Below are positions 39,348-49,556 of a stretch of 64,000 nucleotides of DNA, one piece after another; positions within the stretch are counted from its first letter, which is position 1; the number at the start of each line of letters is the position of its first letter. Position numbers and translations under genes: made by a program. The notes beneath the pieces were generated by a model that ran no database searches, had not been told where the DNA came from, and was given only the letters and a program-made list of their open reading frames with translations. Source of the DNA: Candidatus Nanohaloarchaea archaeon (GTDB lineage Archaea; Nanohalarchaeota; Nanosalinia; Nanosalinales; Nanosalinaceae); the NCBI GenBank assembly GCA_014297435.1, contig JACOQA010000001.1, forward strand, positions 64,001-128,000, given 5' to 3'.

Positions 39348-40070
39348 GTGAATACTGAGGATATAGTTGAGAAACTTTCAGCAGTTAAAAGTAGCCGCGA
39401 GTTCAAGGAGTACTACTTTTTTGCCATCGCGTTAATACTCGCATTCGGAACTCTACAGACTGCAGGATCGGTAACGAATACCGATAGACCTGTGGTTACG
39501 GTTGTTTCATGTTCTATGTATCCTGATTACGACGTCGGAGATATAATCGGGGTTCAAGGAACCGGTTACGAGAACATAGAGGTTGGTGACGTTATCGTCT
39601 ACGATGTTCCTAAAAAGGTCGAATTTACTGTTGGTGGAGAGAGACACGTCCTTAATGATTCTAACGCTGCCGACTATACTGAGGCGGGAGCTGTTAAGCT
39701 TCTTCAGGTTGAAGGCGATAGTAAGGCTGCAATAGTCAGTATAGACGGTCAGAACGTTAAGATGATTGAAGGAAAGAGCTTTGATTACGGAGGGCAGTCA
39801 TTCGAGGTAAACAGTATTTCGGGAATGGATATACCGGTTATTCACAGGGTTATCAGGAAGAACTCTGATCATCTGGAAACACAGGGAGATAACACTTTAG
39901 GTCAACACGAGTTTGAGAAAAATATTGAGCCGGAACAGATCTATGGTGAGGCCGTTTTCAAGATTCCGCGCATAGGTCTGGTTAAGATACTGGCTATAGA
40001 CATTCTAGGCATCGGTAATAACGCACCTCTAACTATTGATTCTACTCCGGACTGTCAGGTCAGACCTTGA
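39348..40070 (+). CDS. Signal peptidase I (Sec11 type) with insertion
   Basis: VVSCSMYP...GD, GDVIVY, PVIHRV, TQGDN. Confidence 0.88.
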   Translation: MNTEDIVEKLSAVKSSREFKEYYFFAIALILAFGTLQTAGSVTNTDRPVVTVVSCSMYPDYDVGDIIGVQGTGYENIEVGDVIVYDVPKKVEFTVGGERHVLNDSNAADYTEAGAVKLLQVEGDSKAAIVSIDGQNVKMIEGKSFDYGGQSFEVNSISGMDIPVIHRVIRKNSDHLETQGDNTLGQHEFEKNIEPEQIYGEAVFKIPRIGLVKILAIDILGIGNNAPLTIDSTPDCQVRP

Positions 40071-40110
40071 CCCATACTATTTAAAGTTAAAGCCGGTAAA
40101 CCCTACAGAT

Positions 40111-40458
40111 ATGGAATTTTGTGACGAATGCGGAGGAATGCTTGTTTCGACAGGTGATGAAGAAAACGCCTCTATGAAATGCAGGAACTGTGGGGAAGCA
40201 CAGTCAGTTGACGGTGAAGAGATGAAGGTCACCGAGGAAAAAGAAGAAGATCCTATGGACAGACTGAATGTTTCTTCTGAAGAAGATCAGGAAACAACTA
40301 GACCTACTACAATGAGGGAATGTCCTTCATGTTCAGAGAATAAACAGGACGAGAAAGAGCACGAATGGTGGATGGAGCAGACAAGAGCTTCAGATGAACC
40401 TGCAACAAGATTTTACGAATGTACTGAATGCGGGAACGTGCACAAGGAGTACGACTAG
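40111..40458 (+). CDS. tfs: Transcription elongation factor TFS
   Basis: FCDECG, CRNCG, QTRASDEP.T.FYECTECG. Confidence 0.92.
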   Translation: MEFCDECGGMLVSTGDEENASMKCRNCGEAQSVDGEEMKVTEEKEEDPMDRLNVSSEEDQETTRPTTMRECPSCSENKQDEKEHEWWMEQTRASDEPATRFYECTECGNVHKEYD

Positions 40459-40460
40459 AG

Positions 40461-41042
40461 TTATTCTATCTCTATTTCGTTTCCTTTATCCATCTGTTCG
40501 GCTAGAAAGTTAACTGAAGCTCTCAAGTTCTTAATTTGGCGCTGCATATCTTTTTTCTCCTCGTCAAAATCGCGTTTATTCAGTTTCTTATCAAAGTCAA
40601 ACTCCATATTGTTTTCCTTGACTATCATGCGATCCTCCAGGTCATTTACTTGTTCTTCTAGGTCTTGGATTCTCTTGTTGGCAGAGCTCATGAACTTCCG
40701 GGTTCCTTTAATATCTTTGACCAGTTCCTCAATGTTTTTCTCTAGATCGGAGTTCAGGAAGTCCTCTAGCTCTCGCTGCTTTTTCTCTACTCTTCTCAAA
40801 CGTTCATCCAGTTCTTCTATCTCCGAATCGTTCGACCCTTCTTCAATTAGATTTCTCTTTAACTGTTGGATCTCGTGTTCCTGGTAATCTAGCTCGTCTT
40901 CCAGAAAACGGGAGTAGTTGTCGACAAAGTCCTGTAAAGCTGAGTCTACAGCGTTGACATGGGATTCTATCTGGTCGAGTCTTTGTTCGACGGTTCCAAG
41001 TTCTTCTACTGCTTTCTCGCCTTTCTCCCCGAAGAGATCCAT
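40461..41042 (-). CDS. Hypothetical coiled-coil protein
   Basis: Continuous heptad pattern. Confidence 0.7.
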   Translation of the reverse strand: MDLFGEKGEKAVEELGTVEQRLDQIESHVNAVDSALQDFVDNYSRFLEDELDYQEHEIQQLKRNLIEEGSNDSEIEELDERLRRVEKKQRELEDFLNSDLEKNIEELVKDIKGTRKFMSSANKRIQDLEEQVNDLEDRMIVKENNMEFDFDKKLNKRDFDEEKKDMQRQIKNLRASVNFLAEQMDKGNEIEIE

Positions 41043-41140
41043 AACCTGTTTTTAGGTCAGCCTGTATTTGAAACATCTTCATCGGTTACGTGTCTCGGGA
41101 TATAGGTATAGTTAAAACATTTGGACTGGAAAATCGGTGT

Positions 41141-41473
41141 ATGCCAGATCAACAGCAGAGAAGAGCCGCAGCAAAGCCTAAAACTATAGACGAGGTAGAT
41201 TCACAAAGAGACATCCGTGTCCGTATAACCGGCACTGTTATCGATTTAGAGGAGGAGTCAGTCACTCTGGATGATGGTACAGGTTCTGTAGAAATATTCA
41301 TGCAGGAAGATGATATAGCCGAAGTTGAGGAGAGTCAGAAAGTAAGAGTGCTTGGAAGGGTTCTTCCGACGCCAGACGGCTTTGAGGTACAGGCCGAAGT
41401 TGTTCACGACCTTTCGAACGTTGATTTCGATAAATTCAGTAAGGTTAAAAAAATTGTTAACACTTCCGAATAA
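41141..41473 (+). CDS. OB-fold RPA-associated small subunit
   Basis: RVRITGTV, LDDGTG, VRVLGRV; immediately upstream of PCNA. Confidence 0.75.
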   Translation: MPDQQQRRAAAKPKTIDEVDSQRDIRVRITGTVIDLEEESVTLDDGTGSVEIFMQEDDIAEVEESQKVRVLGRVLPTPDGFEVQAEVVHDLSNVDFDKFSKVKKIVNTSE

Positions 41474-41490
41474 CAAGGTGTAGTAAAATT

Positions 41491-42246
41491 ATGTTTAAAG
41501 CAGAGCTAGAGGAAGTAGGTCTGATTCAGGACTCCATGAAAACCATCTCCGATCTTATCAGCGAGGGTCTTTTCCAGTTGACAGAAGACGGACTAAAGCT
41601 TGTCGCAGCCGATCCAGCGATGGTAGCACTTGTCGACTTCAAGATAGAGAAAGACGTATTCGAAACATACGAACTCGACGAAGAAGAAAAAGTAGGTCTC
41701 AATCTCGAGAACCTTTACTCAATTCTCAGAAGAGCAAACTCCGGCGACACAATCACGCTAGAACTAGAAGAGGACGAATCAAAGTTCCACATAAAGATGC
41801 AGAACGGAAGCACCAGGAACTTCTCACTGCCGATCCTGAACCTTTCCGAAGACGATATACCGGACACTGAATCGCTTAACCAGTTCAACGTTGACGCTGA
41901 CCTTGAAACGAAAGTTCTCGAATCCGCTATCAAGGACGCTATGGTTGTAGGCGACTCAGTAACTGTTTCTGCTGATGATTCAAGCATTAACATCGTTGCG
42001 GAGGGCGACCAATCCAACGTAGACTTTACGATCACGGAAGGATCAGAAGGAGTAATGGAGATCGATGGATCAGAGGCATCCTCGATGTTCTCACTCGACT
42101 ACCTCTCCTCTATGGTCAAGGCTAAGAAGCTTTCCGACACCGTAGAGCTAAGATTGGGAGATGACTTCCCTATGCGGCTCAATTTCGAAGTACCTGAGAA
42201 GGCAAGACTGAGCTTTGTATTGGCTCCAAGAATCGAAGAGGAATAA
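41491..42246 (+). CDS. pcn: DNA polymerase sliding clamp PCNA
   Basis: A.DPAMVALV, SMFSLDYL, LG.DFPM.L, LAPRIEE. Confidence 0.96.
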   Translation: MFKAELEEVGLIQDSMKTISDLISEGLFQLTEDGLKLVAADPAMVALVDFKIEKDVFETYELDEEEKVGLNLENLYSILRRANSGDTITLELEEDESKFHIKMQNGSTRNFSLPILNLSEDDIPDTESLNQFNVDADLETKVLESAIKDAMVVGDSVTVSADDSSINIVAEGDQSNVDFTITEGSEGVMEIDGSEASSMFSLDYLSSMVKAKKLSDTVELRLGDDFPMRLNFEVPEKARLSFVLAPRIEEE

Positions 42247-42312
42247 CTTCCTCTATCAATATTTTCTTCCTTACAAACAACTTCTTACTTACCGGAATAC
42301 AAATTCTCTTCT

Positions 42313-42702
42313 ATGGCTCTAGATGAAGATCTAAAGGAACAGCTTACGGAAAAAGAATATGAAGTACTTAGAAATAGAGGTACAGAACGCGCAGGAACAG
42401 GCGAATACTTGAAGAAAGATGACGAAGGATTTTACCGATGTAAGGTCTGCGGAAACAAGATATTCTCGAGCGATACCAAGTTTAGTTCGGGTTCGGGCTG
42501 GCCTAGTTTCTATGACGCTATCGAAGATTCTGTTGACCTCAGAGAAGATGAGAGAGGTGGCATGAAAAGAACCGAGGTAATCTGCGCTGAATGCGATTCT
42601 CATTTAGGTCATGTGTTTGATGATGGTCCTGAACCTACCGGAAAACGGTATTGCATTAACTCGGTAGCACTGGATTTCGAAGAAGACAAAAACAACGAGT
42701 AA
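42313..42702 (+). CDS. msrB: Peptide-methionine (R)-S-oxide reductase
   Basis: GTER, SGSGWPSF, HLGHVFDDGP, RYCINS. Confidence 0.96.
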   Translation: MALDEDLKEQLTEKEYEVLRNRGTERAGTGEYLKKDDEGFYRCKVCGNKIFSSDTKFSSGSGWPSFYDAIEDSVDLREDERGGMKRTEVICAECDSHLGHVFDDGPEPTGKRYCINSVALDFEEDKNNE

Positions 42703-42714
42703 TTGGTTTATCTT

Positions 42715-43137
42715 ATGACCGAGTATGCTGTTCCGGCCACAGGCGCGCTAATTCTAAACGATGAAGATCAAATATTCTTGATGAAATCTCCTAAATGGGA
42801 GAATCAGTGGCTGGTTCCGGGAGGCAAAGTTGAGAAAGGCGATTCGATGCATGAAACAGTAAGGAAGGAGATCAAGGAAGAGACTAACCTAGATCTAGAA
42901 GATGTAAAGTTCATGGAAGCGGTTGATGGCGGAAATCCCGATGATTTCGAGAGAGATACGCACTTCATATTCCTTAACTTTGTCTGTAGAGCTGCGACAA
43001 ACGAAGTTGAACTAGATCAAAGAGAAGCTGTCGAATATGTCTGGATAGAACCTGAAAAAGCCTTAGAAGAACTTAAGTTGAATGATGGCACGGCGGATTT
43101 CATCGAGACATACCTTGAAGTGAACCCAGACTTTTAG
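42715..43137 (+). CDS. NUDIX hydrolase
   Basis: PGGKVEKGDS..ETV.KEIKEETNL Nudix box. Confidence 0.9.
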   Translation: MTEYAVPATGALILNDEDQIFLMKSPKWENQWLVPGGKVEKGDSMHETVRKEIKEETNLDLEDVKFMEAVDGGNPDDFERDTHFIFLNFVCRAATNEVELDQREAVEYVWIEPEKALEELKLNDGTADFIETYLEVNPDF

Positions 43138-43160
43138 CTTTTCCTTTCCCACAAATCTGT

Positions 43161-44546
43161 ATGGGGGAGCAGGAGGGAGAAAAGCCACAGGACTGGAAAA
43201 TAAGGCAGTACTACGAACAGGAAGAGTTGGTAGAGCGTGTAGTAGAACTGGCTGAGTACAGAGAGGTTGCACCGACTTATCCGCACGGCTACGGCAAAAG
43301 ACCAGACGCAGTTAACTTCCCTGGCGATTTTGAACATTTTGTAGGTCAAGGCGCTGTAGCTTTCCACCTGTCGGTCGAGAAATGGCGCAACCCTCTTCTA
43401 ATAGATAAAGTAGACAACCAAGATAACCTAAGGACAGGCTGGGATCTGGTAATAGACATAGACTGTGATTATTCTTTTGAACTTGCAAAAGATACGGCAG
43501 ATTTAGTTGTTAAGGAGCTCGAACAGCACGGAATCGAAAATATCGGAGTGAAGTTCTCTGGAAACCGTGGATTCCATATAGGTCTAAGGGGAGAAGCTTT
43601 TCCAAAGAAGCTGGACGAAAGGGACATTTCAGAGCTCTATCCAAGGCTGCCTAGAGGTATAGTAAATTATATACGCTATAATCTTGAAGATGAGCTGAAG
43701 AAAAAGGTAGTGGAACATGGTTTTGCTGATGAAATGACTAAAGATGATGGAGATCAGAATCCTTTCCTCGTTGCCGACATAGAGAACGACTGGGGTTCCC
43801 GCCACCTTTTCAGGATGCCTTATTCCCTACATGATGGTTCTTGGTTGGTATCTCTTCCAATAGAGCCGGATGAGATTCAGGAATTTGAGAAAGAAGATGC
43901 TGAGATGGGAAACATAGATTTTGATACTGAGTTCCTGGGAAGCTTCGAGGAAGGAGAAGCTACTAACCTCGCAGTTCAAGCTATGGACTTTTTAGCTGAA
44001 AGAGAGACTGAAAAGGAAAAGGAGAGAAGGAAGAGAAAGGAAAGAGATTTTGACAGGCCTGACGAAGCTATACCTGAGGAATACTTTCCTCCGACAATTG
44101 AGAACGTTCTGGACGGACTGAAGGACGGTAGGAAACGAGGTCTCTTTATTCTGATTAATTTCTTTCACTGTCTCGGCTATTCTTGGGAGCAGATTGAGAC
44201 AAAGATCTGGAACTGGAATGATGAGAACCATGAGCCGCTTAGAGACAGCTATGTAAAGACGCAGCTGAGGTGGCATAGGCAGAGAGATGAGGAGGTTCCT
44301 CCGCCCAACTACGATTCGAATGGCTACTACATGGACATGCAAGTTTATGAGGGCGATAATTTGGAGCAAAAGGTTTCAAATCCTGTAAGCTATTCTTTCA
44401 GAAAGTATAATGGCGGTGAAGCCGAGGAAAATGAGGAAGAGGACGATAAATTTGAGTGTCCGTACTGTGGGAAGGATTACAAGCAGGAGGGCTACTTCAA
44501 GAAGCATGTGCAGAAGTGTCAGGGAGAAGAAGTGAAGAAACTTTGA
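43161..44546 (+). CDS. priSL: Fused DNA primase PriS-PriL with C-terminal Zn finger
   Basis: WDLVIDIDC, KFSGNRGFH, RHLFRMPYSLH, then PriL-like FPP.I...L.GL.DGRKR..F.L.NF. Confidence 0.88.
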   Translation: MGEQEGEKPQDWKIRQYYEQEELVERVVELAEYREVAPTYPHGYGKRPDAVNFPGDFEHFVGQGAVAFHLSVEKWRNPLLIDKVDNQDNLRTGWDLVIDIDCDYSFELAKDTADLVVKELEQHGIENIGVKFSGNRGFHIGLRGEAFPKKLDERDISELYPRLPRGIVNYIRYNLEDELKKKVVEHGFADEMTKDDGDQNPFLVADIENDWGSRHLFRMPYSLHDGSWLVSLPIEPDEIQEFEKEDAEMGNIDFDTEFLGSFEEGEATNLAVQAMDFLAERETEKEKERRKRKERDFDRPDEAIPEEYFPPTIENVLDGLKDGRKRGLFILINFFHCLGYSWEQIETKIWNWNDENHEPLRDSYVKTQLRWHRQRDEEVPPPNYDSNGYYMDMQVYEGDNLEQKVSNPVSYSFRKYNGGEAEENEEEDDKFECPYCGKDYKQEGYFKKHVQKCQGEEVKKL

Positions 44547-44586
44547 AAGAACAATAAAAAGCTTTGAGCCAGAAGCCATTTACAGA

Positions 44587-45177
44587 ATGTCGGAGGATGC
44601 ACTGACCTTCAGCGAACTTAGAAAAATAGAGAAAAAGGAGAAAAGACAGGAAGAACTCTCCGTACTCGACGACAGCTTCTTTCTAAAGGTTTCACAGTAC
44701 CTAGATCTGAAGGATGGTGTGGATGAAAGAGAGTACAGGAATGCAAAACGTGTATTTGACAAGATAATAGGTCTTCGACAGGAAAAGATAGTTAAGAATG
44801 CAAGAATCTCTGTTAAAACCGGCGTGAAAGCTTCCGAGCTGAACCTTCTTCCGAGAGAACAGTCCCTCTTCCTAGATCTGAAAGAAATGTTTGAAGACTA
44901 TTCGGAAGAAGTGGATGAAGTGCTGGAAGGCGGTACTGTTGAAACTCCGGATATCGAGGAGGAGCCGGAGACGGAACCAGAACCTGAGTCGGAACCTGAA
45001 CCAGAAGTTGAAGAAGATGAAGGTGGTGTAGAGATCAAGATAGTCTCGCAGGTACCTGAATTTATGGGAACTGATCTCGAATCTTATGGTCCTTTCGAGG
45101 AAGGAGATCAGGTAAATGTCCCGGAAGAGAACGCGGAGATACTTGTAAACCGTGGAAATGCTGAAATGGTAGAATAA
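44587..45177 (+). CDS. GINS subunit (Gins51-like)
   Basis: Helical A domain (LRQEKI), acidic linker, B domain VPEFMGTDL..YGPF..GD...VP..NA.IL; follows primase. Confidence 0.85.
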   Translation: MSEDALTFSELRKIEKKEKRQEELSVLDDSFFLKVSQYLDLKDGVDEREYRNAKRVFDKIIGLRQEKIVKNARISVKTGVKASELNLLPREQSLFLDLKEMFEDYSEEVDEVLEGGTVETPDIEEEPETEPEPESEPEPEVEEDEGGVEIKIVSQVPEFMGTDLESYGPFEEGDQVNVPEENAEILVNRGNAEMVE

Positions 45178-45178
45178 T

Positions 45179-45811
45179 ATGACAAAAGTCTTTGCCCTAG
45201 GTGGATCAGTATTTACAGAAAACCTTGACAAACTGGAAGAATACGTTGAAGCATTCGAGGGCTTTGACGAACAGATCGCAATCGTAACTGGCGCAGGCTC
45301 ATTGAAAACACACATCAACGCAGTAGATGCAGCCAACCAGGGAGAGCAAGACCTTATAGGTATCAAAGCAACCCGTTTGAACGCCCAGACCTTGAAGACA
45401 GCGATGGACTGCCATCCAAAAGTTCCGGAAAAACCGGAGGAGATACAGGAGATAGCTTCTACAGGAAAAGACTTCGTTATGGGCGGTATGGTTCCAGGTT
45501 ACTCGACTGATGCTGTTGCTGCGACAGTAGCGGAACTTCTCGACGGTGAACTAATAATCGCCACTTCGGTCGACGGAGTTTACACCGCGGATCCAGAAAG
45601 AGAAGATGCTGAAAAGCTGGATGAGGTTTCTATAGACGAGTTAAGGCAAATTATTTCGGGTAATAACGAGGCAGGAGGACACGAACTCGTAGACTTCGTT
45701 GCTTTAGAAATCATAGAAAGATCGAAGATCGAAACTACGGTAATGGAAGGACTGCCTCAGAACGTTGAAAGCCTTGAAACCATTGAATCGACGAGGATCA
45801 AGTCCTTGTAA
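45179..45811 (+). CDS. pyrH: UMP kinase (archaeal type)
   Basis: ALGGS, D.IGI.ATRLNA, GG.VPGYSTDAVAA, VDGVYTADP. Confidence 0.9.
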   Translation: MTKVFALGGSVFTENLDKLEEYVEAFEGFDEQIAIVTGAGSLKTHINAVDAANQGEQDLIGIKATRLNAQTLKTAMDCHPKVPEKPEEIQEIASTGKDFVMGGMVPGYSTDAVAATVAELLDGELIIATSVDGVYTADPEREDAEKLDEVSIDELRQIISGNNEAGGHELVDFVALEIIERSKIETTVMEGLPQNVESLETIESTRIKSL

Positions 45812-45846
45812 AAGCCCTTTTAAAGTTTAGTAGGGAGGTTTAGTCT

Positions 45847-46149
45847 ATGGTAAAGATCCCAAAAGAACAGAACCGTTACTGTCCGCACTGCGACACACAT
45901 ACAGAACAGACCGTTAAGGAAGTAACTAACGTGAGTGCTTCCCCTATGTCGAAGAAGCACAGGAAGCGACAGAGAAAGATCGACCACGGATATGGATCAT
46001 TCCCGTACGAGAACCCGGCAATCCGGTCGAGAGGAAGAAAGAACCCGACATCCGAGAAGAAAGACCTTAGATATACTTGCAAGGAATGTGGGAAAGGACA
46101 TATGCCTAAAAACCCTATCAGGACCTCAAAGCTTGAGATTGAGAGGTAA
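45847..46149 (+). CDS. rpl44e: 50S ribosomal protein L44e
   Basis: KIPK...RYCPHC..HT, K.DLRYTC.ECGK. Confidence 0.93.
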   Translation: MVKIPKEQNRYCPHCDTHTEQTVKEVTNVSASPMSKKHRKRQRKIDHGYGSFPYENPAIRSRGRKNPTSEKKDLRYTCKECGKGHMPKNPIRTSKLEIER

Positions 46150-46155
46150 GATAGG

Positions 46156-46329
46156 ATGGCAAACAACTTCTTCAAGGTAAGCTGCGGAGAATGCGGAAAC
46201 GAACAGAGAATTTTCTCCAGAGCTTCCAGCGAAGTAGAATGCCTCGTCTGCAGTTCAACGATCGCTAAGCCTACCGGCGGCAAAGCCGAGATCAACGGTG
46301 AGATCGTAGAAGAGCTCGCAGTAGAGTAA
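46156..46329 (+). CDS. rps27e: 30S ribosomal protein S27e (absent from the ORF track)
   Basis: FFKVSCGECGNEQ.IFS.AS..V.CLVC...IA.PTGGKA. Confidence 0.95.
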   Translation: MANNFFKVSCGECGNEQRIFSRASSEVECLVCSSTIAKPTGGKAEINGEIVEELAVE

Positions 46330-46411
46330 TTCCTTCTCTAATTTCTATCCTTTTAATCTAAATTCGTTCTAAGCCACTGTCTTTTAAAGTTCGGTTTTCG
46401 TTTTTTGGAAT

Positions 46412-47167
46412 ATGAAATGGTACAAAGACAGGCCTGACGTCGGAGACTTCGTCGTCATAACAATTACAGATGTTGACAAGAACTCGGCTTACGCAGACCT
46501 CGACGAATACGAGGACGTAACCGGACTGATCCACATCTCAGAGGTCTCACGTTCATGGGTTCAAGATATAAGAAAAGAAGTAGATGAAGGCGAAAAAACC
46601 GTTGCACAGGTAGTAGAAGACGATGACGGAACACTGGATCTTTCTCTCAAACGTGTTAACGATTCCCAGAAACGGAACGCGATGTCCCGCTGGAAGAAAG
46701 AACAGAAGGCCGAAAAATTCATCGAAGACCTAGCCGAGAAGATCGGAGAAGACAAGGAAGAGATGTACGAAAGGGTTGTCTTCCCACTACAGAGAGAGTT
46801 CGGCTCCGCATTCCACGGCTTCGAGATAGCTGTAGGAGAGGAAGAAAAACTCGAAGAAATGTTTGATTCTGAAGTTGTCGACGGAATTCAGGAGGTTGCG
46901 AGAAACAACATCAACCTTCGACAGGAAAAGCTTGAGGGCGAGATCGAACTCTCATTTACTGAAGGTGATGGAGTTGCCAAGATCAAGGAAGTGTTCGAAG
47001 ATGTTGGTGATGGTGTAGAGGTAAAGTATGTTTCCGCTCCTAAGTACTCGATTACTGCCTGGGGTAGAAATCAAGAGCTTGCGAAGAACAGGATGGACTC
47101 CGCAGTAAAACAGTTCAGGCAGAAAGCCGATGAGCTGGACGGAGAGTTCGAGTTCTCGAAGGCATAG
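46412..47167 (+). CDS. eif2a: Translation initiation factor 2 alpha
   Basis: S1 domain LDEY..VTGLIHISEV, DLSLKRV, YVSAPKY. Confidence 0.93.
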   Translation: MKWYKDRPDVGDFVVITITDVDKNSAYADLDEYEDVTGLIHISEVSRSWVQDIRKEVDEGEKTVAQVVEDDDGTLDLSLKRVNDSQKRNAMSRWKKEQKAEKFIEDLAEKIGEDKEEMYERVVFPLQREFGSAFHGFEIAVGEEEKLEEMFDSEVVDGIQEVARNNINLRQEKLEGEIELSFTEGDGVAKIKEVFEDVGDGVEVKYVSAPKYSITAWGRNQELAKNRMDSAVKQFRQKADELDGEFEFSKA

Positions 47168-47172
47168 ATACC

Positions 47173-47322
47173 ATGATTAAAAAATGCCCCGAGTGTAATT
47201 CATACACGTTAAAGGACAACCACTGTGGTGCTGATACGGAGACATCGAGACCTCCAAAATTCTCTTTCCCCGATAGGATGGGAAAATACCGCAGGAAAAC
47301 TAAACGAGAGGAGATAGAATGA
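47173..47322 (+). CDS. nop10: Nop10 (H/ACA RNP protein; absent from the ORF track)
   Basis: KKCPEC..YTL...CG..T...RPPKFS..D..GKYRR. Confidence 0.92.
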   Translation: MIKKCPECNSYTLKDNHCGADTETSRPPKFSFPDRMGKYRRKTKREEIE

Positions 47323-48080
47323 CAACAAGGCTACAACTTGACAAAGAATTAGACGTAGAAAACCCTGTATTCATCGAAGGGCTTGCAGGAATAGGGCATA
47401 TAGGAAAAACCACGGTATCTTACTTAGTGCATCATCTGAATGCAGAAAAGGTCGGCGAACTGTACTCACACCACTTCCCTCCATACACGATCGTAAACGA
47501 CAACAAGACAGTGGATCTCCTCAAGAACGATATCTACCAAGTTCAGAGAGAAGACGACAGGGACATGGTCATAATTGAAGGAAACGCACAGGCATCAACT
47601 CCTGAAGGACATTACGAGGTCGCAGAAAAGATAATGTCTTTAGTGGACGATGTAGGTTCTTCGGAGATCCTGACTATAGGAGGATACGGAACAGGAGACG
47701 TTGTAGAAGAACCCGATGTATTCGGAGCAGTAACCACAGAGAAAGTCAAAAACGAATACACGGAATGCGGAGTAGAGTTTGACCATGATGTAGGTCAGAT
47801 TGTTGGTGCGTCCGGTCTAATCCTTGCGTTAAGCAGGGAAAGAGAGATACCGGGTATCTGTCTTCTAGGTGAAACACCGGGATTCCTGCTCTCAGATCCT
47901 AAAGCCACAGAATCAGTACTTCAAGCCATTGAGAATATCCTCGGACTCGATATCGATTACTCCGATCTTGATAAAAAAGTCGAAGAGAGCCAAGAAGTAC
48001 TTAAAAAACTTCAGAACCTTCAACAGAAACAGAGCCAGGACTCCGGCGAATCACAGCAGGACCTGGGATACATAGGTTGA
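47319..48080 (+). CDS. PAC2 family (proteasome assembly chaperone-like) protein
   Basis: IEGLAGIGHIGK, S.HFPP, IVGASGL, CLLGETPG...DP; conserved position after nop10. Confidence 0.9.
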   Translation: MTTRLQLDKELDVENPVFIEGLAGIGHIGKTTVSYLVHHLNAEKVGELYSHHFPPYTIVNDNKTVDLLKNDIYQVQREDDRDMVIIEGNAQASTPEGHYEVAEKIMSLVDDVGSSEILTIGGYGTGDVVEEPDVFGAVTTEKVKNEYTECGVEFDHDVGQIVGASGLILALSREREIPGICLLGETPGFLLSDPKATESVLQAIENILGLDIDYSDLDKKVEESQEVLKKLQNLQQKQSQDSGESQQDLGYIG

Positions 48081-48084
48081 TAAA

Positions 48085-48249
48085 ATGAACATGACACGTT
48101 ACGAAAGAGCAAGAGTTCTGGGCGCCAGATCGCTCCAAATCTCGAAAGGAGCACCAACATTCGTCGAAGCAGACCCAGAGGAAGAACCTATAGAGGTAGC
48201 GAAGAGAGAGCTTGAGAAAGGAAAGCTTCCGATCACAGTCAAACACTGA
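48085..48249 (+). CDS. rpoK: RNA polymerase subunit K (Rpo6; absent from the ORF track)
   Basis: TRYERARVLGARSLQIS.GAP...PIEVA..EL..GKLPITV. Confidence 0.95.
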   Translation: MNMTRYERARVLGARSLQISKGAPTFVEADPEEEPIEVAKRELEKGKLPITVKH

Positions 48250-48359
48250 CTTCTCTATCTACTTTTCAATATCTCTAATTAAGACCGATATTTTCTCTAG
48301 ATCCAAATTAGTGCAGATTACTTCCAGTTTCTTAAACCAGTTGATCGAACTTATCTTAC

Positions 48360-49484
48360 ATGAAGATAGACTCAATCGAATTGAGAAAAATAATCGATTC
48401 TAGAACCCGTGAAACAGTCGAAGCCGAAGTTAATGGCGTCTCAGGCAAAGCGCCTTCAGGTGCATCAACAGGGTCCCACGAAGCAAAAGCTTTCGTTCCT
48501 GACGGTCTTGAAAACATGGAAGACCTCCTGAAAGAGATGGAGGGGCAGGATCTAACACAGGAAGAATTCGATGCCAAGCTGCGCAAAATAGATGGTACGG
48601 ATGATTTCTCTAGACTCGGTTCGGTTGCTATCGCCGCAAGCTTAGCTTTCAAGAACGCATCAGGTTTTAATCATTCAAACAGCTTCCCGCTACCTTTAAG
48701 TAATGTTATAGGTGGAGGCGAGCATGGAGGTAACACAAGCATACAGGAGTTTTTGGTTCTGCCTGTTGAGGCAGAAACATTTTCTGAAGCCGTTAAGATA
48801 AACACGGAGATCTATCAAGATCTTCAGGAACGTTATTCGAGAAAGATTATGGGTATTAACGATGAAGGGGCTTTAATTACTTCCATGGATGATGAGCAAA
48901 CTTTGAAGGCGTTGAAGAAGGTTGCAGATGAGCATGGTGCTAGGATAGGATTGGATATTGCAGCTACAGAGTTTTATGAGAATGGTAGGTATAAAATGAG
49001 CTCTATTAATCAAAGGCTGGAGCCAAAAGAGCACTTGGCTTTTGTGCAGCACTTGATCGATGAGTTTGACTTAGTTTATGTCGAAGATCCTTTCCACGAA
49101 GACGATTTCAACAGACATGCAAAATTGGCGTCTCAAAACCCCGAGGTTATGATCTGTGGTGACGACGTATTCGTAACCCAGAAAGAAAGATTGCAGGAAG
49201 GTATCGACAATCGAGCCTGTAACTCACTGATTGTTAAACCTAACCAGGTTGGAACAGTATCGGACACAAGGGAAACTGTCGAGCTAGCGAAGGAAAACGG
49301 TTACACGCCTGTAATTTCCCACAGATCGGGAGAGACGTGTGACCACACGATATCAGATCTTTCACTTGAACTAGAATGTCCGGTGATTAAAGCAGGTATC
49401 GCAGATATAAGGATAGCAAAATTGAATCGCCTGATCAAGCTTTGGGATAAACAAAAATCTCCTGTTGTGAATAACAGGTTGTAG
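48360..49484 (+). CDS. eno: Enolase (compact form)
   Basis: IIDSR, APSGASTG.HEA, IQEF, EDPF.E.D, GDD, KPNQVGT, SHRSGET. Confidence 0.93.
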   Translation: MKIDSIELRKIIDSRTRETVEAEVNGVSGKAPSGASTGSHEAKAFVPDGLENMEDLLKEMEGQDLTQEEFDAKLRKIDGTDDFSRLGSVAIAASLAFKNASGFNHSNSFPLPLSNVIGGGEHGGNTSIQEFLVLPVEAETFSEAVKINTEIYQDLQERYSRKIMGINDEGALITSMDDEQTLKALKKVADEHGARIGLDIAATEFYENGRYKMSSINQRLEPKEHLAFVQHLIDEFDLVYVEDPFHEDDFNRHAKLASQNPEVMICGDDVFVTQKERLQEGIDNRACNSLIVKPNQVGTVSDTRETVELAKENGYTPVISHRSGETCDHTISDLSLELECPVIKAGIADIRIAKLNRLIKLWDKQKSPVVNNRL

Positions 49485-49556
49485 ATCAGGGAAAGAAGGG
49501 GGCGGCAGAGGCGGCTTCCGACTTCTTATTTAACTTTTATTATTTAAACCGGGTGT

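Noticed and set aside
44953-45020. (EP)n repeat in GINS, and Q-rich repeats at 8880-9010 and 51100-51460
   Set aside because: Protein-level low-complexity linkers, not DNA repeat elements
49493-49527. GC-rich imperfect hairpin between eno and rps2
   Set aside because: Short and imperfect with no tRNA or K-turn signature; possibly a terminator
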